A stretch of 64,000 bases of DNA from Eledone cirrhosa (GCA_964016885.1 OZ024745.1:133920001-133984000); one strand, 5' to 3'; shown: positions 43,081-56,772, counted from the first letter of the stretch. Program-made: numbers and translations. The notes: a model not told the origin generated them from the letters alone.

Positions 43081-43195
43081 TACATGTACATATATATATA
43101 TATGTATATGTATATGTATATATATATATATATAATTATATATATACATACATAAATACATACATACATAATACATACATACACATATCTCTGTC

Positions 43196-43308
<113 letters not shown>

Positions 43309-43865
43309 GGGAGCTGTGGGTAGGTACAAACGATAGAAGGAGCAATCAACAATATTTATATAAACAGTTGGACTTATTTACTATGAGTCGTGTCAAAGAC
43401 ATCAACAGGCCAGGCTTTTTCTGATGTCTGCAAATCCGTAATATTTAGAGGTGTTTGAAAGAGTTAAACCTGTTTACATCTCGGAAGGTAATGCACAAAG
43501 AAGAAGACATTTTAGAAATACTATTTACATTCAATTTGATTCTATCAACGATGAATATGGTGCCCACAGTGGCTGCAGGGAATTGTTTGTATTATTCTTG
43601 GCTCCGGATCGTGCCTTTGCTGTCACGTCGTGCCTCCGCCACTCGGGCCCATCGAACAGCTTTTGTCTCCTCGTTTTTGAGAGCACGGGCCCAAGCTCTG
43701 ACAACGCAGCCTTTCGTGATTTGCGTTGAAGAATTGGTCGAGTGTCAATTTCGCCGCAAGCACGTCGGTCGCAATGCCTTTACTAAGCGTCTCGTCTAAT
43801 TTTCTAACTAGTAATATATATTTTCTAAAATATACAGTGACTGATGAGCTTGATTTGCATATTAG

Positions 43866-44121
43866 CCGAGCTTAACTCTGCCTTTCATCCTCACGGGGTC
43901 GATAAAATAAAGTACCAGTCACGCAATGGGGTCGATTTTAATCGAATTTTCCCTTCCCCACAAATGTTGGCCTTGTGCCTATATAAAGAACGACGCCCCT
44001 TTATGGTCTGAGTTCAAATCCCGCGGAGGTTAACTTTGCCTTCTGCCCTTACGGGGTTGATAAAATAAAGTACCAGTAATGCACTTGGATAATTGCTGGC
44101 CTTGTGCCTAAAGTAGAAACA

Positions 44122-44125
<4 letters not shown>
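43866..44125 (+). mobile_element. Two tandem 5'-truncated major-family SINE copies with an (ATT)n tail
   Basis: Family core present twice. Confidence 0.8.
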
Positions 44126-44172
<47 letters not shown>

Positions 44173-44173
<1 letters not shown>

Positions 44174-44217
44174 CTTGAATCTCAGTCATTGATGTTAGTT
44201 AACTGGAAAGTCCGTTA

Positions 44218-44262
<45 letters not shown>

Positions 44263-44630
44263 GTTCTTTGAGTCTCAGTCGTTGATGATATTTAACTGGA
44301 AAGTTTGTTGAAATGAAAATCAAGCATCTACCTGCAGCCTCAGATATTCAGGACGTATCGGAGGGTTCTTGCTGTTCCCAGCAATTATGCCTTTTGAAGT
44401 GTCCAGAAAACGGGGCTGGACTAATCTTCTTTAACCATCCTTGGAAACTCTTTGAGATAGTACCTAGTGCGCCTATGACAATCAAGATGACTCTGACTTC
44501 ATGGCAGTTCCAAATCCTTTTTAACTCCCACTTTAAATCCTGGTATCGGTTAATTTTCTCCCTCTCCTTTTCTTGCACTCTCGTGTCAAATGGGCAGGCT
44601 ACATCTACAATCAGGCGCGATCTTTTTTCC
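44173..44630 (-). mobile_element. Dong-like (R4 clade) 3' fragment (44263-44630) plus a tiny extra 3' end (44173-44217), both running into (TAA)n
   Basis: Minus strand LIVDVACPFDTRVQEKEREKINRYQDLKWELKRIW...IVIGALGTI is an RLE C-terminus. TAA repeats are the known Dong target. Confidence 0.85.
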
Positions 44631-44631
44631 T

Positions 44632-44812
44632 TTGGCAGTATCGGTAGAGTCGGACACCATGCTTTGAAGCATAGAGTTACGTCCCTTTACGGTCTGAGTT
44701 CAAATCCCGCCGAGGTTAACTTTGCCTTTCATCCTTACGGGGTCGATAAAATAAAGTACCAGTAATACACTAGGTAATTGCTGGCCTTGTGCCAAAAGTA
44801 GAAACAAGTATT
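44632..44812 (+). mobile_element. Major SINE copy
   Basis: Near-consensus copy. Confidence 0.88.
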
Positions 44813-44845
44813 ATTATCATCAACAACATCATCATCATCATCATC

Positions 44846-45641
44846 AAATCCCTGGCCTGGCAGTGCTACCGGGGAGCGCTGCCAGTTCGAGATAAGCTCT
44901 ACAGGCACGGAAGTGCCGTCAGCCGAGCCTGTCCGAGATGCGCGCAGAGCGACGAAACCGTCGTGCACGCGCTCGGTCAGTGCCCGAGCATTGCTGACTT
45001 GTGGAGCTATGTCGAACAGTTGCTGTCGCGTGTAGGACTGATCCGGTTATCGACTGAGTCAATTGTGCAGATGGTCTCGCCGTCTTCCTTCGAGGAGGAA
45101 GGGTAGGCGGTTTTCATCTGCCTGGTGGCCATGGCGAAAGAGATTGTGTGGTGGACAAGGTTGAAAGGGTTAAAGACAGACACTTCCTCTTCGGCGAATC
45201 CCTAATTAACTTTTTCAAGTTTCACTTGAAGAGGAAAATCAGGGTGGAGAGGCAAGTGCTGCCTTCTAGCAATATTGTTGAAAGGTGGGTGAATGTAGCG
45301 AGAATGGTCCGAGTGAACGGGACCGCTCTGAATATACGTCTGTAGTTTGAGAGATGGAAAAATTAAGAGAGGGCGCTTGACCTGGTGGTCAGGGTGGCCG
45401 TGGTTTTTTGTGTGGTTTTCGCCACGAGTAACTCGGAGGTTTCCCCCCTATTGGGGCATTTTTCATTGTTTCAATTTTCATTTTTATTGTTTATATATAT
45501 ATATTTCTATGTCTTTTTTTTTCATTTCTTATATAAATAATAAAAATATTTACACACACAAAACCCACATCGTACCGTCTTGTACCGTCCTGTGCCGTCT
45601 GTAATGTTTTTCTTTGTCAGCCCTTGTGGCCAATAAAGAAA

Positions 45642-45642
<1 letters not shown>
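44846..45642 (+). mobile_element. L1/Tx1-like LINE 3' fragment (zf-RVT region plus 3' UTR)
   Basis: LAWQCYRGALPVRDKL...CPRC..DETVVHALGQC...W, ending in AATAAAGAAATC(ATT)n. Confidence 0.8.
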
Positions 45643-45681
<39 letters not shown>

Positions 45682-45882
45682 AGGGCGGTGGGTTGGCAGT
45701 ATCGGTAGAGGGTCGGACGCCATGCTTTGCAGCAGAGAGTTACGTCCCTTTACGGTCTGAGATCAAATCCCGCCGAGGTTAACTTTGCCTTTCTTCCTTA
45801 CGGGGTCGATAAAATAAAGTACCAGTAATACACTGGGATAATTGCTGGCCTTGTATCAAAAGTAGAAACAATTATTATTATT
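45682..45882 (+). mobile_element. Full-length major SINE copy
   Basis: GGCGGTGGGTTGGCAG...GTAGAAACAATTATT. Confidence 0.88.
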
Positions 45883-46054
45883 TAGCACTAGTGCATCAGA
45901 AGAGATGTGTGTATCTGTTGGAGCCTATGTCTTCGTTCTATCTGGTAAACGGTGGAGGATATAGAAATAAATCACTGATTACTGCTTTATCTCAGGAAAC
46001 TGACTCAGCAGGACATCATTTCATCTCTTCCACAGCAAAGTAAACTATATCTAC

Positions 46055-46073
46055 CACACACACACACACACAC

Positions 46074-46143
<70 letters not shown>

Positions 46144-46174
46144 GCAAGTATGTATTTATATATGTATGTATATA

Positions 46175-46216
<42 letters not shown>

Positions 46217-46228
46217 TGTATGTATATA

Positions 46229-46264
<36 letters not shown>

Positions 46265-46287
46265 TGTGTCTATACACATATGTGTAT

Positions 46288-46362
<75 letters not shown>

Positions 46363-47000
46363 CGTGTATATATATATATATATGTGTGTGCATTTAAATA
46401 TATATATATACATGCATACACATATGCATGTATATACACACACACTCATATATTTATATATATGTTTCTTTATGTATGTATGTATATATATTTATATACA
46501 CATATATGTAAGAATCTTTTTAATGAATGCTTGTGTGTGCGCGTGCCTGAAATCGTGTATATGTACAGATATACATACACGTTGTGTGAATATGTGCGTG
46601 TATGTACGTGTGCATGGTTATGTGTGTGTGTGCATGTGCATGTGTGTATGTGTATGTGTGGGAGTATGTGTGTGCGTGTGTGTATGTGTGTGAGCATATG
46701 TGTGTGTGTGTGCGTGTGTGTATGTGTATGTGTGTGAGCATCTGTGTGTGTGTGCGTGTGTGTATGTGTATGTGTGTAAGCATATGTGTGTGTGTGGGTA
46801 TGCGTGCGTGTATGTGTATGTGTGTGAGCATGTGTGTATGTGTGTGTGTATGTGTATGTGTGTGAGCATGTGTGTGTGTGCGTGTGTGTGAACATGTGTG
46901 TGTGCGTGTGTGTATGTGTGTGAGCATGTGTGTGTGTGTGCGTGTGTGTATGTGTATGTGTGTGAGCATGTGTGTGTTTCTGTGCAGAGAGAGAGAGAAA
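46055..47000. repeat. Compound TA/GA/TG microsatellite with higher-order GTGAGCAT-marked units
   Basis: Low-complexity tract with a recurring GTGTGAGCATGTGTG motif. Confidence 0.9.
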
Positions 47001-47698
47001 TATGTATGTACACATGTATGCACGGTCGTACAACCTTACAATGGGCATTTATATATGTGTACGTGTAACCGATATTACTGCGTGAGCCAAGAGTAATTGC
47101 ATATGCATGTTTAATGGCAGTTACGAAAGATATGTAGCTGTCTATAATGAATGATATAAGAAATTCTATTAAAGAACGGGACATAGTTGAGGAAATTGTT
47201 AGAAACGGAATTAGAAATATATTCTCGTAGACGCTGAGAATTCCTTTTTTCTTCCTTCTCCTTACAAAAGCCCAATGATAATTGATGACATTTGGATGAT
47301 GAATCCAGCCTTATCTATAGAGATAATGTATCAAACGGATCTTCTTTGAGCGTAGAGAACACATAAATAAAGAAATTCAGTTTAATGATGCGGTATGAGT
47401 ATGGTTTAAGTTTCCTACACTACCGTTAAAATGGCGTCGAATTTGTTATACAAGAAAATATACATATTTGTGGTATTTTTCTGTCAACAAAAATTTTCTT
47501 TCAGAACAAAAAACCTCAGGCTGGCAACATATGGATTGTCTGTTTGTTTAGCGATCTCAGTACCGTGTTGCATTTATGGTCATGTTCTTACCTTATGTTG
47601 AAGACGCCGAGGTCATTTAATTAAACTGATGATTGTGGAATGTGCTACTATTTACAATGAGACAAGCAGGACTTTGATAGAGTCTTACACTTCTGGAT

Positions 47699-48095
47699 CT
47701 GTTCTGCTAGACTATCCTATGACAGCCATATCAGAGACTCCAGATCTGACCTGTTCTGCTAGACTATCCTATGTTAGCCATATCAGAGACTCCAGATCTG
47801 ACCTGTTCTGCTAGACTATCCTATGACAGCCATACCAGAGACTCTAGATGTCACCTGTTCTGCCAGACTATCCTATGACAGCCATATCAGAGACTCCAGA
47901 TCTGACCTGTTCTGCTAGACTATCCTATGACAGCCATACCAGAGACTCTAGATGTCACCTGTTCTGCCAGACTATCCTATGACAGCCATATCAGAGACTC
48001 CAGATCTGACCTGTTCTGCTAGACTATCCTATGACAGCCATACCAGAGACTCTAGATGTCACCTGTTCTGCTAGACTATACTATGATAGCCATAT
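47699..48095. repeat. 52-bp minisatellite, ~7.6 copies, with two alternating variants
   Basis: Unit CTGTTCTGCTAGACTATCCTATGACAGCCATATCAGAGACTCCAGATCTGAC, with variant order A,A,B,A,B,A,B. Confidence 0.95.
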
Positions 48096-48359
48096 GAGAA
48101 GCAGCTCGTGTAAGATGTGGCTTTTCACCTCACAGGTCGGTTTGAGAACTGAGAGAGACTAGGTGCCCTCCTTGAATAAGTATACATCGTGCATCATCAG
48201 TTCATCGAATGGCATGTTGGACAGACACTGAGACACACGGGGACGCCACAAAAGACCATCCAGTGCTAACCAGTGAAATCTACTACAGCTCTACACACTC
48301 TTAAATTAACGTATACATATTTATACACCCATACGATATATATATATATATACATACAA

Positions 48360-48546
48360 ACTATTGGATGGCAGTCGACTCACATGAGTTCAACCGCCAT
48401 TTGTCAGGTTTTGTTTTACATCTTTTAGAATATCCAAAATCACCCTACTTACCAAGCAAACTTAGTGGGGTTACCATTTTAGTCACCGTTTATGAAAGGT
48501 TGTACTAGGTTGCATGTTACTAGTAGCATTTAAGAGTGATCCGACA
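48360..48546 (-). mobile_element. Diverged RTE 5' UTR fragment
   Basis: GTCGGATCACTC..TGCTACTAGTAACATGCAACCTAGTACAACC...ACCCCACTAAG..CTTGGTAAG is homologous to the other RTE 5' ends. Confidence 0.65.
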
Positions 48547-48759
48547 TATAGTAAGTAGCGCCTTAATTTATGTAATCAACATCCAAGCTTTGAATAATAT
48601 AATCAGCTTTTTTCTCATAATTAGTGATGAGTTGTTGATTAAGTAATGCGTAAAACTTACTTCTTTTAATACCTTTGGCAAACATTAGAACACGGGGGGT
48701 GACTAATTAGTATAACTTATTGACATTTAGTTTCAGTTCCGTAGAAATGAATAAATTGA

Positions 48760-49830
48760 GAGAAAATCTGTTGAATCCTTCACATCAATGTTTGTGTTTT
48801 CATTCTATTTTCAAAATATATTTTAACACATATACAAAGTTTTCTAGAGTTTCAGGCGAATCAGTCGTTTGGCTGTTGGATTAATATCCGTAGGCAAGAA
48901 TTGTCCAGTGGCTGAGTACACCTTACTGCAAGTAGGCACCGCGTGGTAAATATCCTACTACGCTAGAGTACGCTAATACTGAAGATTGTTTCAATGTCTC
49001 TTTAGTTGAAGCTGTTGTAAGTTCAACTCCTCCAGTGTTTAAAAGATTAAGTGGAATGAGTTTCAAGTTCACTTATTCTTGAAATAAAGTCATGTTTTAG
49101 CTACAAACGTCTCAGTCAGCGATGAAACATGTCATTACATAAGGATGGACCTTCATGCTAGACATCATCCCAACTAGATTTATAATTTCTATATTTTGAG
49201 CGCTCGTTAATTATATTGTGTTCCAGTTAACTCATAAATAGGGTTCTATATTCCAGGAGTGTTAATGTAACATGAGTATTGTGGTGAATGACGATTCAAT
49301 CATCTGAGTTTAACAATGGAATTCGTTACATGTACGAGTATACCAACACTTCCTAAGAATATTACTGCGGAGTTGGGATGTTGTGGTACCATTTAACTCA
49401 TTAAAAGACAGCATTCAACGATTTAATGGTCTATCATACTTTATACAAGAGGACGGCTCAGACTATGGCAGATTTTTCTCCTAAGAATATATGAATTTAA
49501 CATTAGCAAGATGACGAACCTCAGTTTCTACGTTCTCTGTCACAGCATTCAGCACATGTTATTATAGATAAACAGCTCTGATAACTATTCTTTACAATTA
49601 CATACACGAAGCTATTTATAGATGAGTATCTTTTCGGAGAACCTTTTTCAGAATTACCATGAAGATATACGAACTGCCAACTCCTCGACTAAAATTCAGA
49701 TATTGTTACGACTGCCAGCGGTTATGTGTATTATTGGTATTGGCGTACTGTCCCTCTCTAGTCCACAACTACAAACTATCTACTTCAAAAGAAAAAAACT
49801 TTTGAGTCCAATGAAAGGATGACTTAACCA
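48760..49830 (-). pseudogene. Decayed Helitron/PIF1 helicase C-terminal remnant
   Basis: Degenerate collinear motifs on the minus strand: LTTPG...YEL, LCND (LCNG-like), KQSSVLAY (RQFPVRLA-like), GAYLQ.GVLSH-GQF (VGLYL..VFSHGQL-like) and RKLVY. Confidence 0.45.
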
Positions 49831-50795
49831 ATTTAAACTTCTTAGAATCAACACACTTTTGATTTCTGTTATATGAATATTAATTTTCTTTGTGTTGTGT
49901 TAACATCAAAACTTATTTCAATTACTTTGATCTAAACCCTAAGTCTAACCCTTTCTCACGATGTCTATAGCTTTTGAAATATACTTTTCTTCTTGTATAA
50001 ATAACAAAATTTTCCAAATTACATTTCACAAATATATAAAGAAATCTTTCGGAACTCATATTATTTATTCAAGAAATGTTCTATTACAATTCTGACTTAG
50101 CAACACCTTTTATAATTTTCTCTATTGTTTCTTGTAAATGTAAATTTCTTTTGGCATTTAACGTCATTTTCTTCTTATTTAATCTTCGAAATTTGCTACA
50201 AAACATAACTTGTGTATATCTCATGTTATATGAAAGTATTTCAGAATGTATTTCTATTTCCATCAAGTTAAAAGTTCAAATTAAAATCTTCTATCATCTG
50301 AGATGATATAAAACCAACATCTAATTATAAGTCAGTTGGTGTGCCTCAACAAGGCAATAGAAATGTTATAGTAATAGAAATGTTATAGTAAGAGTCCGAA
50401 ACCTAGGAATTCTCTTCGTCCTTACTACATACAATGTACTCTACTTAATTATTTGTAGTACATTGAATTAACTTTTCATTCTTTTCTCCAAATAAACATA
50501 AAAATAAACATAGCATTAATTATAGCTAAATAAAAAGAGAAAGGCTTTGTTCTAGTGGTGGTAAGAAAGAGGATGACGATGGTCGTCTAAAACACATAAT
50601 GTAAGTTAATACTCATCTTTTTCCATTTCTTTGGGGGTTCTAAACTCCACTATCAGGCTAAAATTTCTTTAGTCAAAAAAGTACAACGAAAGCTTCTATT
50701 TCTAATTTGAAACTCGCTCGATGTTTCAGAACAAACTTACTTGTAATGAGGCTGTTTGTTTGCAAATGAATCGGATTGTATTATTATTCGATATA

Positions 50796-50980
50796 GGCGG
50801 TGGATTGGCAGTATTGGTAGAGTGTCGGATGCCATGCTTGGCGCATAGAGTTACGGCCCTTGCCATTCTGAGTTCAAATCCCGCCGAGGTTAACTTTGCC
50901 TTTCATCCTTACGGGGTCGATAAAATAAAGTACCAGTAATACACTGGGTAATTGCTGGCCTTGTGCCTAACGTAGAAACA
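50796..50980 (+). mobile_element. Full-length major SINE with a 16-bp TSD
   Basis: ATTATTATTCGATATA at 50780-50795 and 50981-50996. Confidence 0.92.
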
Positions 50981-51962
50981 ATTATTATTCGATATAAAAT
51001 TCATGAATGCATTTTTGTATCTGCTATGTCAGAGCGAAACTAATTTTGTTTCTAATAAATGTACTTCTATTGCAAACAAATATACAGAAAATTATATTGC
51101 AGTCCAAATGGTAGGGGCAACAAAACTTGAAAGAAATAATATCTATTGAGTTGTATTAAATAATGTGATTGCATCTAATCCATTACATAATTGGTGTTTG
51201 TGGATAACATCAGAACAAGTTTATACAGGAATATATGTTCTTGACCAGTATAGCAAAGTCAAACTTTGAGAGATTTGAACTCAAATAACAGAGACCAAAC
51301 CAAATAGTATATGCCATTTTATCCGGCATTCTATCGTGGCTTCAAAACTATATAGACTTAAAATGCATTCTAATAACGATTTCTAGCATTGGCATAGGTC
51401 TTCAGATTTAAGTGGAGATGTATAATCAATTACATCTACCCCAGTATATTAGTGATACATTTTTAAATCTATCCAAGCGAGATGTGTGCAAAGTCGTCTT
51501 CGGTAGGATTTAAATTTCAGCCTTAAGAAGATTGAAGGAAATATTAAAATATGTAGATACACTTGTTTGTTCTTATTTTAGTGATTAAACTGCGGCGAAA
51601 TATGATAGATGGGGATGTTTTCTCAACGTACATTGCAGTATTATAGACTGCAAAATTAACACTCTTTGAAAAGTAATCGATACTTTAGTTAAGAATTTTA
51701 AATTTAATCTACTAAATGTTATGTTTGTGTTTTTCTTGTTCGTTGTTTTGTGGTAAACATATACAGACAATAGCATTTCCCATGTAAACCAGTGATGGAG
51801 GCAGATGAAAAACAAACGTTAAAGGCAAGAGTGGAATATATAAGTAGAATTTACTAAATGATAAGAATGGTTTTCAGCTCGTCTTTGTCGAAGCAAAGTG
51901 TATTCTGTAATCAGATTACAAATAAACTATAATATTACAAGCTAAAACAAAAATATGGTGCA

Positions 51963-52038
<76 letters not shown>

Positions 52039-52059
52039 TGTGTGTGTATGTACGTGTAC

Positions 52060-52669
52060 ATGATGGCTGCCAACTCGTTTTCGAGTACGGCCACTACTTT
52101 ATATCCATGTAGGAGAACCCCTACCGATGCGCTGAACGAGTGTGACTTTTTAGTCCAGCCAGCGACTTGAAAACTCTGGTACAAATACTACACTTGTGAC
52201 AATTATTGACACATAGCGCTGGGCCCATGGTACCATGTGACGACAAGTGCAGAGAGATCTCCAGATACAAAGCAATGCCTGTGCCGTGAAGCTTTTATAG
52301 TGAGCAAAGGCACTGCACAAATCCAGTCCCACTCTCTTAACCGAGATGATATTTACCAAAAAGAAGAACAAGTCAACATCATTGGATACCATCAGGGTTG
52401 CAGGTATTATATCAGAGTTTTCCTTCTCCTAGAATTCTGCCTTGACAAAGGCTAAGGGGTCATCTCTCCCGGTGATTTTGGATGGCCATTGACTCTTAAG
52501 AGCTCCTTTGCTCTTTGACAGGTTTTGTTTTTAGTCCTGCAGGATGTCCAAAGTCACCCTCCTCACCAAGAAACCTTGGTGGGGTTGGCAGTTTAGTCGC
52601 CAACGACCCGACCATGAGACAGGTTGTACTGGGATACATGTTACCAGTAGCACCAACTGGTGACCTGAC
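52060..52669 (-). mobile_element. Non-autonomous bipartite RTE derivative, copy C
   Basis: Its 3' part encodes CSICTRVFKSLAGLKSHTRSAHR* (RTE C-terminal C2H2 finger). It sits between TG/TATG and CATA repeats. Confidence 0.88.
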
Positions 52670-53478
52670 ATATGTATGTATGTACGTGCACATACATACA
52701 TACATACATACATACATACATACATACATACATACATACATACATACATACATACATACATGTATGTACGTGTACATACATACATACATACATACATACA
52801 TACATACATACATACATACACAACTAGTTAGGAAATTACAAGTACAATCCATTAATGGAACAGTAAAAAATATGTAAAACATTCCAAAACTTTTGCATCT
52901 AATAACTGCATATACACATGTGCAGATGCAAAGCATATACACATGCACACATACAACTCAAAACATACGCATCCACACATATAATAACATCTATATCTAC
53001 ACATGCATGCATACATACATATCTACCTAGTTGATGTTGTGTAAATTCAAATGAGAGAGTCTTGTGTCTATGTTAGAAACCGACTCTCTCTCTATTGGTA
53101 AAACTTTGTGAAATTATAAAACCAGAAGAACATACATACATACATACATACATACATACATACATACATACATACATACATACATACTACATACATACAT
53201 ACATACATACATACTACATACATACTACATACATACATACATACATACATACATACATACATACTACATACATACATACATACGTACATACATACATACA
53301 TACATACATACATACATACATACATACATACATACATACATACTAGCACAAACCCACAATCAGTGAATAAGAATATTTTATAGCAAGAAACATGAATAAA
53401 TGTTTGCCTTCATTGTTTATGTAGCTGTTAATTGCAATGTCTTCTGTGATTCTGTCTCTTGAAATGGGGGGGGGGGGG

Positions 53479-54009
53479 CTGTGAGGTGTCATCAGTAAGG
53501 TGTCGGGCTGTGAGGTGTCATCAGTAAGGTGTCAGGTGTCAGTCTGTGAGGTGTCATCAGTAAGGTGTCAGGTGTCAGTCTGTGAGGTGTCATCTGTAAG
53601 GTGTCATCAGTAAGATGTGAGGTGTCATCTGTAAGGTGTCATTAGTAAGGTGTCAGGCTGTGAGGTGTTATCAGTAAGGTGTCAGGTGTCATCAGTAAGG
53701 TGTCAGGTGTCATCAGTAAGATGTGAGGTGTCATCAGTAAGATGTGAGGTGTCGTCAGTAAGGTGTCATCAGTAAGATGTGAGGTGTCATCAGTAGGGCA
53801 TGAGGTGTCACCAGTAAAGTGTCATCAGTAAGGTGTCAGGTGTCATCAGTAAGATGTGAGGTGTCATCAGTATGGTGTGAGGTGTCACCAGTAAAGTGTC
53901 AAGATGTCAGGTGTCATCAATAAGGTGTCAGGCTATGAGGTGTCATCAGTAAGGTGTCATCAGTAAGGTGTCATCAGTAAGATGTGAGGTGTTATCAGTA
54001 TGGTGTCAG
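53479..54009. repeat. Modular minisatellite built from ~7-nt blocks (AGGTGTC, ATCAGTA, AGATGTG, AGGCTGTG)
   Basis: Irregular concatenation of the same few blocks over ~530 bp. Confidence 0.92.
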
Positions 54010-54057
54010 ACAATAATACAAAAGAAGGAATTAATTCATTTTCCACATGTGATTTGT

Positions 54058-54300
54058 CTGCTACTGGCCCCATGTAACCCAGTACAACTTGCTTGATGGT
54101 CGAGGGGTCAGCGACTCAATTGGCTACAACACCCCCACCCACTCCTACCACCAACACCAAACTGTGGTCTGGTGACGAGTGGGAGTGAACCACCAGCAAC
54201 ACAAAAGCAAAAGCTGTAAAACGAGTTGATAAACTCCTCACAATCAAGGGCCATCCAGCCCTACTAAGGGTTAAAAACCGCACCAACCTGTATTTGGCCA
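54058..54300 (+). mobile_element. RTE-like 5' UTR fragment (another family)
   Basis: GCTACTGGCCCCATGTAACCCAGTACAAC...GCGACT...GGCCATCCA shares the conserved motifs. Confidence 0.55.
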
Positions 54301-54324
54301 AGCATGGTGAGTACCACTACACTT

Positions 54325-54780
54325 CTCTTTTGTTTTTGCTGTTAGAGTTTCTTTAAGCTCAGTTGATAGATCAGGAATAGGTGTTTGTAGTACCTGTCTA
54401 TTACAACAATCAGGAATAGGTGGTAGTAGTATCTGTCTATTACAACACAAATTGGAATGTCGACTATCTTTAGACTATTTTATTTTCTCTCTTTTAAGCG
54501 CCATATTTCGGACATTTCCATTCTATTTTCTTCAGCAGTTTATTTGGAACCCATTTTCTACGAAATCGTCAATTGTTTGATCTTCTCTTGGAAGTATTAT
54601 TTTATTTGTTGAAAATGAAAGCTTTCCTTCTACTGTTGGTCTGTCGTATGCCTGGATCTAAGTGTTCTGGCAGAAGCCATTCTAGTCCTCTCATCCTGCA
54701 GTGATTGTAGTTGTTTTCATCTGTTGTGCTATATACGTCGCATATGTTGTCCGCTTCAACTGCACTACACAGCAACTGAT
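54325..54780 (-). pseudogene. Decayed Helitron RepHel N-terminal (charged repeat and zinc-finger) remnant
   Basis: Minus strand QLQSLQDERTRMASART, then WKCPKYGA, LCCNRQILLPPIPD and ELKETL, resembling the Helitron C..C.A...CC..G...LP motif. Confidence 0.45.
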
Positions 54781-55641
54781 ACAATATTGCTCACGTTGCC
54801 TGCCATTCATAATACTGGAATGTGTGCCAGTGAAATTGCAATTGAATTACTGTAGTTTTCAGAGACTATGAGAAATTGAATGGATGACAGTAGGGTGTCA
54901 GAAATGTAATACCTACTGCTACTGAAGTACATGGAAACTGGGCTATAGCTGCTGGGATGAAGAAAGACATCTCACTTGTAATGCTTTCATTACTGGAAGT
55001 AGAGGAATGGTGAGTTCCTGCTACTTTGCAGAATAATTGTGTGAAGTATATGAGAAAAGAAAAGTTGTTTCTTTTTCAATAATAGAATGTAAGGGAATAC
55101 AAAACATAAAAAACACATAGGAACATAATTTTTTATCTAAAATATTGTATAAACCTCGTTGTTATTTAAACTTATCACCTATATTCCAAAAAACATATGT
55201 ACGTTACTAATGAAACTTTACCAGGTATCATGTGTGATACAAACGTATTTTTTCACTTTTGCATCCAAAATATTATTCCAGAAAGGTCGTGTTATTTAAA
55301 CTGCAAAACAGAAACTGAATAAATAGATAGATACACAAATGTAAATGTGATAAGGGGGGGGGGGGGGGGGGGGTAATTACATCAGCAATATTGTCAACAG
55401 CAACAATATTTGGAGTACAAATGAACCAATCCTTTTTATAGAATACAGGAACTTCATCTATTACAGTATTATAGTATCGTACAATATTTATATTCTTTAA
55501 CCTGTAATATAATCAAATCATCCTAGTCATTTCTACAACTTAGCAAACCATAAAAAAAGATAGAGACAAAAAGGTCATTTGCTTCTCTGCATAAGCTGGT
55601 CGCAGGGTTTTGCATGGTTTCATTTTAGTCGAGTTATTAAT

Positions 55642-55826
55642 TGTTTCTACTTTGGGCACAAGGCCAGCAATTACTCAGTACATTACTGGTACTTTATTTT
55701 ATCGACCCCGTAAGGATGAAAGGCAAAGTTAACCTCGGCGGGATTTGAACTCAGACCGTAAAGAGACGTAACTATGCTGGAAAGCATGGTGTCCGACTCT
55801 CTACTGATACTGCCAATCCACCGCCC
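55642..55826 (-). mobile_element. Full-length major SINE with a 15-bp TSD
   Basis: AGTCGAGTTATTAAT at 55627-55641 and 55827-55841. Confidence 0.93.
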
Positions 55827-55949
55827 AGTCGAGTTATTAATGTGCATGCGTAAGCTTAAGACGGAAACAATTCCAATAACATTAAGAATATATATAAGTT
55901 AGACAAGGCCTGGACCAATACTGACCGAAACCTATCAAAGTTATCAAAG

Positions 55950-56023
<74 letters not shown>

Positions 56024-56118
56024 GAGTTAAACAAGATTCAATGAGTACATCAAAGAATGAGTTTTACAGTAGATTGGAAGCACTCTACAGTAAATAAAAA
56101 TTTTTTCCAGAATTATTA

Positions 56119-56418
56119 ATATTAAATTCAAATATTAATAAAATAGATGTTCTTGTGATCAATTAAATTTTATTATACATATTTCAGAGGTACAACAGTA
56201 CGTCCTCATCAGATAAAATAAAATGATACATGATATACCCTGATATATTAGATGGTTAAGATTTAATCAAGGTAGTGATTAAATCTTAACCATCTAACAT
56301 CTCAGGGTATGTCATGTATCATTTTATTTTATCTGATGAGGACGTACAGTTGTACCTCTGAAATATGTATAATAAAATTTAATTGATCACAAGAACATCT
56401 ATTTTATTAATATCTGAA

Positions 56419-56425
<7 letters not shown>
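56119..56425. repeat. ~305-bp palindrome with an intact-core hammerhead in each arm (56168-56218 -, 56327-56377 +)
   Basis: TTTTAT-CTGATGA-GGACGTAC-AGTT-GTACCTCT-GAAA-TATGTA-TA-ATAAAA and its mirror, with a spacer near 56272. Confidence 0.9.
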
Positions 56426-56483
<58 letters not shown>

Positions 56484-56641
56484 GTATAGTTTCAGAAGAT
56501 CCCGTTAAGAGTGAAAGCAACAATTCTTTGCTTAAACTTTAATCTGTTATTTTAATAAATATTTGCTCTATGGTTTTATATATATTTATATATATTATCC
56601 TTATTGAGCCCTCTTCGGATTTTAGTGTTCACATGTATTAC

Positions 56642-56772
<131 letters not shown>

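Noticed and set aside
43841-43875. CTGATGA hammerhead core
   Set aside because: No downstream GAAA or stem III in a compatible position.
52560-52669. HDV-like ribozyme fold of the RTE 5' motif
   Set aside because: A GG-hairpin-CUAA element is present, but P1/P3/P1.1 cannot be placed in the required order and the candidate pairings are not conserved in the other families.
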